A program made the position numbers and the translations under genes. A stretch of 19,689 nt of DNA, from positions 1 to 19,689 of the forward strand of contig CAZBPC010000065.1 in NCBI GenBank assembly GCA_964493715.1, read 5' to 3'. The notes under the pieces are model-generated. The model saw only the letters and a list, made by a program, of their open reading frames with translations, made no database searches and was not told the origin of the DNA. Positions 17,545 to 19,689 of this stretch are shown here, piece after piece; positions within the stretch are counted from its first letter, which is position 1, and every line of letters starts with the position of its first letter. The stretch comes from an uncultured archaeon (GTDB lineage Archaea > Asgardarchaeota > Lokiarchaeia > Sigyniarchaeales > SOKP01).

Positions 17545-17892
17545 GTACCTCGCTAATAGAATATATTAAATTAATACTTAAAAGAATGTCGCTCCAATTG
17601 CAAAAATTAATGAGATTAAACTAATTGATTCTATTCATAATTTTGCCCATTATTTAATAGGGATAAACATTATAATTAAAATTAAAAATATTTTGGATAT
17701 TTCATTACTGAAAGATAGACAAATTAATATGAATTCTTAAAAATCATTACTAATATAGGAGTTTTAATAATAATTAATCCAAGATCTACCCTAATTTTTA
17801 TAGTAGATTATGGATTACCCTTCTATGAGTAATTAGTTTTACTTAAATTCCTCTTCTACTTTTCTCGTCCAGTCTTTGTTGGTCATTTTCAT
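17545..17892 (-). pseudogene. Possible decayed small membrane-protein gene
   Basis: A gene-sized gap. The minus frame from ATG 17892 reads MKMTNKDWTRKVEEEFK* and later gives hydrophobic stretches (ISKIFLILIIMFIPIK*, SISLISLIFAIGATFF*) broken by many stops. Confidence 0.3.
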
Positions 17893-17966
17893 CTTAATAT
17901 ACCGATAAGCATAATTTAATATTATCATTGTAACTATGCAAAATATTACTATTCCATAAATCAGAT

Positions 17967-18512
17967 CTAATTGACTCGTTGAAAAATTACCTCATTTTTG
18001 TTTGTTATTAAGTTGAAACCCAGTAATCCTTTCAAGACTTTGATCAGCGATAGATATTCTTTAACACCTTCAAATTTAATGATTTCGCTTGTTTTATCAT
18101 GAAATCGAAATTCGAATCCATAAATCGTTCTCCTTATAACGACTTTTTGAATGGCTTTTACTTCGATTTTTTTAATTATTGAATCTTCAGTGTTATTTGG
18201 AACACTGCTTTTTATAAGTGTATTAGAATTATTATGGATGCTTATCATTACATTATTTAAAGATACAAAATACCTCCATTTAAACTTGTCTTTCAACAAA
18301 ATCCTATAGAGAAAATAATGCACAATCAATAGAAATAATATATTGAAAACATAAATCACGACAATAAATAGAGAAGCTCCAGGAACAAGTATCGATTTCC
18401 CAAAAACACTATTAAATCCAATTATAAGCAATGTAGCAATTAAGAATAAGGAAATACTGTCTATAATTGGTGCATGGTTCTTACCTTTCCATAATACATT
18501 ATCAAATTTCAT
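17967..18512 (-). CDS. Small 2-TM membrane protein, same architecture as its two downstream neighbours
   Basis: DNVLWKGK, two TM helices, then RYFVSLNNV and a beta-rich tail (IQKVVI...IKFEGVKE). Confidence 0.6.
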   Translation of the reverse strand: MKFDNVLWKGKNHAPIIDSISLFLIATLLIIGFNSVFGKSILVPGASLFIVVIYVFNILFLLIVHYFLYRILLKDKFKWRYFVSLNNVMISIHNNSNTLIKSSVPNNTEDSIIKKIEVKAIQKVVIRRTIYGFEFRFHDKTSEIIKFEGVKEYLSLIKVLKGLLGFNLITNKNEVIFQRVN

Positions 18513-18571
18513 AATTCGATTCTTCCCACTTTTTATAATTAATTGTTAAAAAAAAATAAATATTTAGGTAT

Positions 18572-19689
18572 TTAAAATATTTTTATTTGTCCAGTAACCA
18601 AATATTGTATATATGTTATCAATGTGAAAATACCAAATGCAAAGCACATCCCACTATAAGCATATAATATATATTTTATTATAGAAGGAGTTTTAGTTTT
18701 TCCACCTGTATTTTCAACTTGGGGTTTTCCATAAAGGAAATATGTCATTAGTACTACTATAGGCATCATCGCTCCAATAAGAATATCTATTGTAGTAGCA
18801 ATTTTTTTAATAACTTCATCAGATACCCATACAGAAATTATGGCAAGTATGATACAAAGAATTACTTCAAATATCACCAATAATGGTATTTTACTCAAAC
18901 CTATTTTGATTTGAGTGAATTTAAATGCCCCCTTTGTTGCAGCGAGTGAAAATAATAATCCAGATAGGCATAATATGATACCAAGCGCCAAATAAGCTGA
19001 AGAAGGATCTGAGAATTTCGCAAATAAATAATTGAAGTCTTTTGCTCCACCGTTGATTAAAGGAATTAAGGTACTAATAGCATTAATACTAAATGCAGCA
19101 CCTGATGCAATACCAGCAATCACTAAAAGGAAAGCAATCCAAGCTTTTGAACTATCTGTTCTAAATATATATCCCGAGGCACTGAGTAAAACTGCTGGTA
19201 TACCAGTGATGAAAAGATACGACATATAACCCATTGTTTCAAAACTTTCTGTATCAAAAGTATGCTGAGTTGAATTAGAACCAAACCCATTGATTAAATC
19301 TTGTTCTATCTCTGCATCATCCTCTTCAGATCCTAGAAGAATTGGGGATTCCTTTCTCTGAATCAATGTGTTATTTAATAATATTGTATCTTCTACATAT
19401 GGTAAGGTTAAATCAAAATAACTTTCGTATTTCCAGATAATCTTATTTTCCATTTTAAGTGAATGAGTAAAAAAGTTAGCATCGATGAAGAATAATCCAG
19501 AATTCAGAGTGCCTCCAAGGCATAAGGTTAATATCAAAAAGAAAGGGATCATCGTTAAGAAAGAAACCGTAATTGATACAATAGCTAATGCGAGTAATAC
19601 ATATGTTAAAACTAGAATCGCAGCGCGAACTAAAAGCCATGCTAAGTGTGCTAGCCACGAGAGTATTGTCATTCCTATTGATTGAGCAT
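18572..19689 (-). CDS. C-terminal part of a larger multi-pass hydrophobic hypothetical protein; 5'-truncated by the window edge
   Basis: The frame is open to the edge (…AQSIGMTILSWL). It encodes a long hydrophobic stretch, an acidic linker (SEEDDAEIEQD) and about six Gly/Ala-rich hydrophobic helices. Confidence 0.65.
   Translation of the reverse strand, partial: AQSIGMTILSWLAHLAWLLVRAAILVLTYVLLALAIVSITVSFLTMIPFFLILTLCLGGTLNSGLFFIDANFFTHSLKMENKIIWKYESYFDLTLPYVEDTILLNNTLIQRKESPILLGSEEDDAEIEQDLINGFGSNSTQHTFDTESFETMGYMSYLFITGIPAVLLSASGYIFRTDSSKAWIAFLLVIAGIASGAAFSINAISTLIPLINGGAKDFNYLFAKFSDPSSAYLALGIILCLSGLLFSLAATKGAFKFTQIKIGLSKIPLLVIFEVILCIILAIISVWVSDEVIKKIATTIDILIGAMMPIVVLMTYFLYGKPQVENTGGKTKTPSIIKYILYAYSGMCFAFGIFTLITYIQYLVTGQIKIF

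Noticed and set aside
17545-17892. Stop-codon reassignment explaining the interrupted frame
   Set aside because: TAA, TAG and TGA all occur in it, and all three terminate normal genes in this window.
1-19689. CRISPR arrays, tRNA/rRNA genes, transposases
   Set aside because: I saw no spaced repeats, cloverleaf or rRNA-like GC-rich blocks, or transposase motifs by eye.

Overview
This is a low-GC, gene-dense window with archaeal-type features: TATA-like boxes, oligo-T ends and an F420-type domain. The gene set and style suggest an Asgard (Lokiarchaeia-like) genome, which is an inference. From left to right it holds a 5'-truncated FrhB/FdhB-C + PyrK-type fusion oxidoreductase, two paralogous EamA/DMT transporters, a nitronate monooxygenase/FabK-family flavoenzyme, and a tandem duplication of [ABC ATPase + ABC-2-type permease fused to a CPBP/Rce1-like protease]. 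These are followed by a PP-loop N-acetyl-sugar amidotransferase-like gene, a membrane M28 peptidase, a Zn-ribbon hypothetical protein, lsrF, and a minus-strand cluster made of a hydrophobic protein tail and three small 2-TM/PH-like proteins. The main finding is in lsrF. The gene looks truncated in the ORF track but is interrupted by two short insertions (30 nt at 15793-15822 and 32 nt at 15891-15922). Both fold as archaeal bulge-helix-bulge-type splice substrates. Cutting them at the canonical endonuclease positions restores the conserved LsrF sequences (GGKKIP and [11 protein letters not shown]) and a 261-aa protein, so they are candidate tRNA-type introns in a metabolic mRNA.
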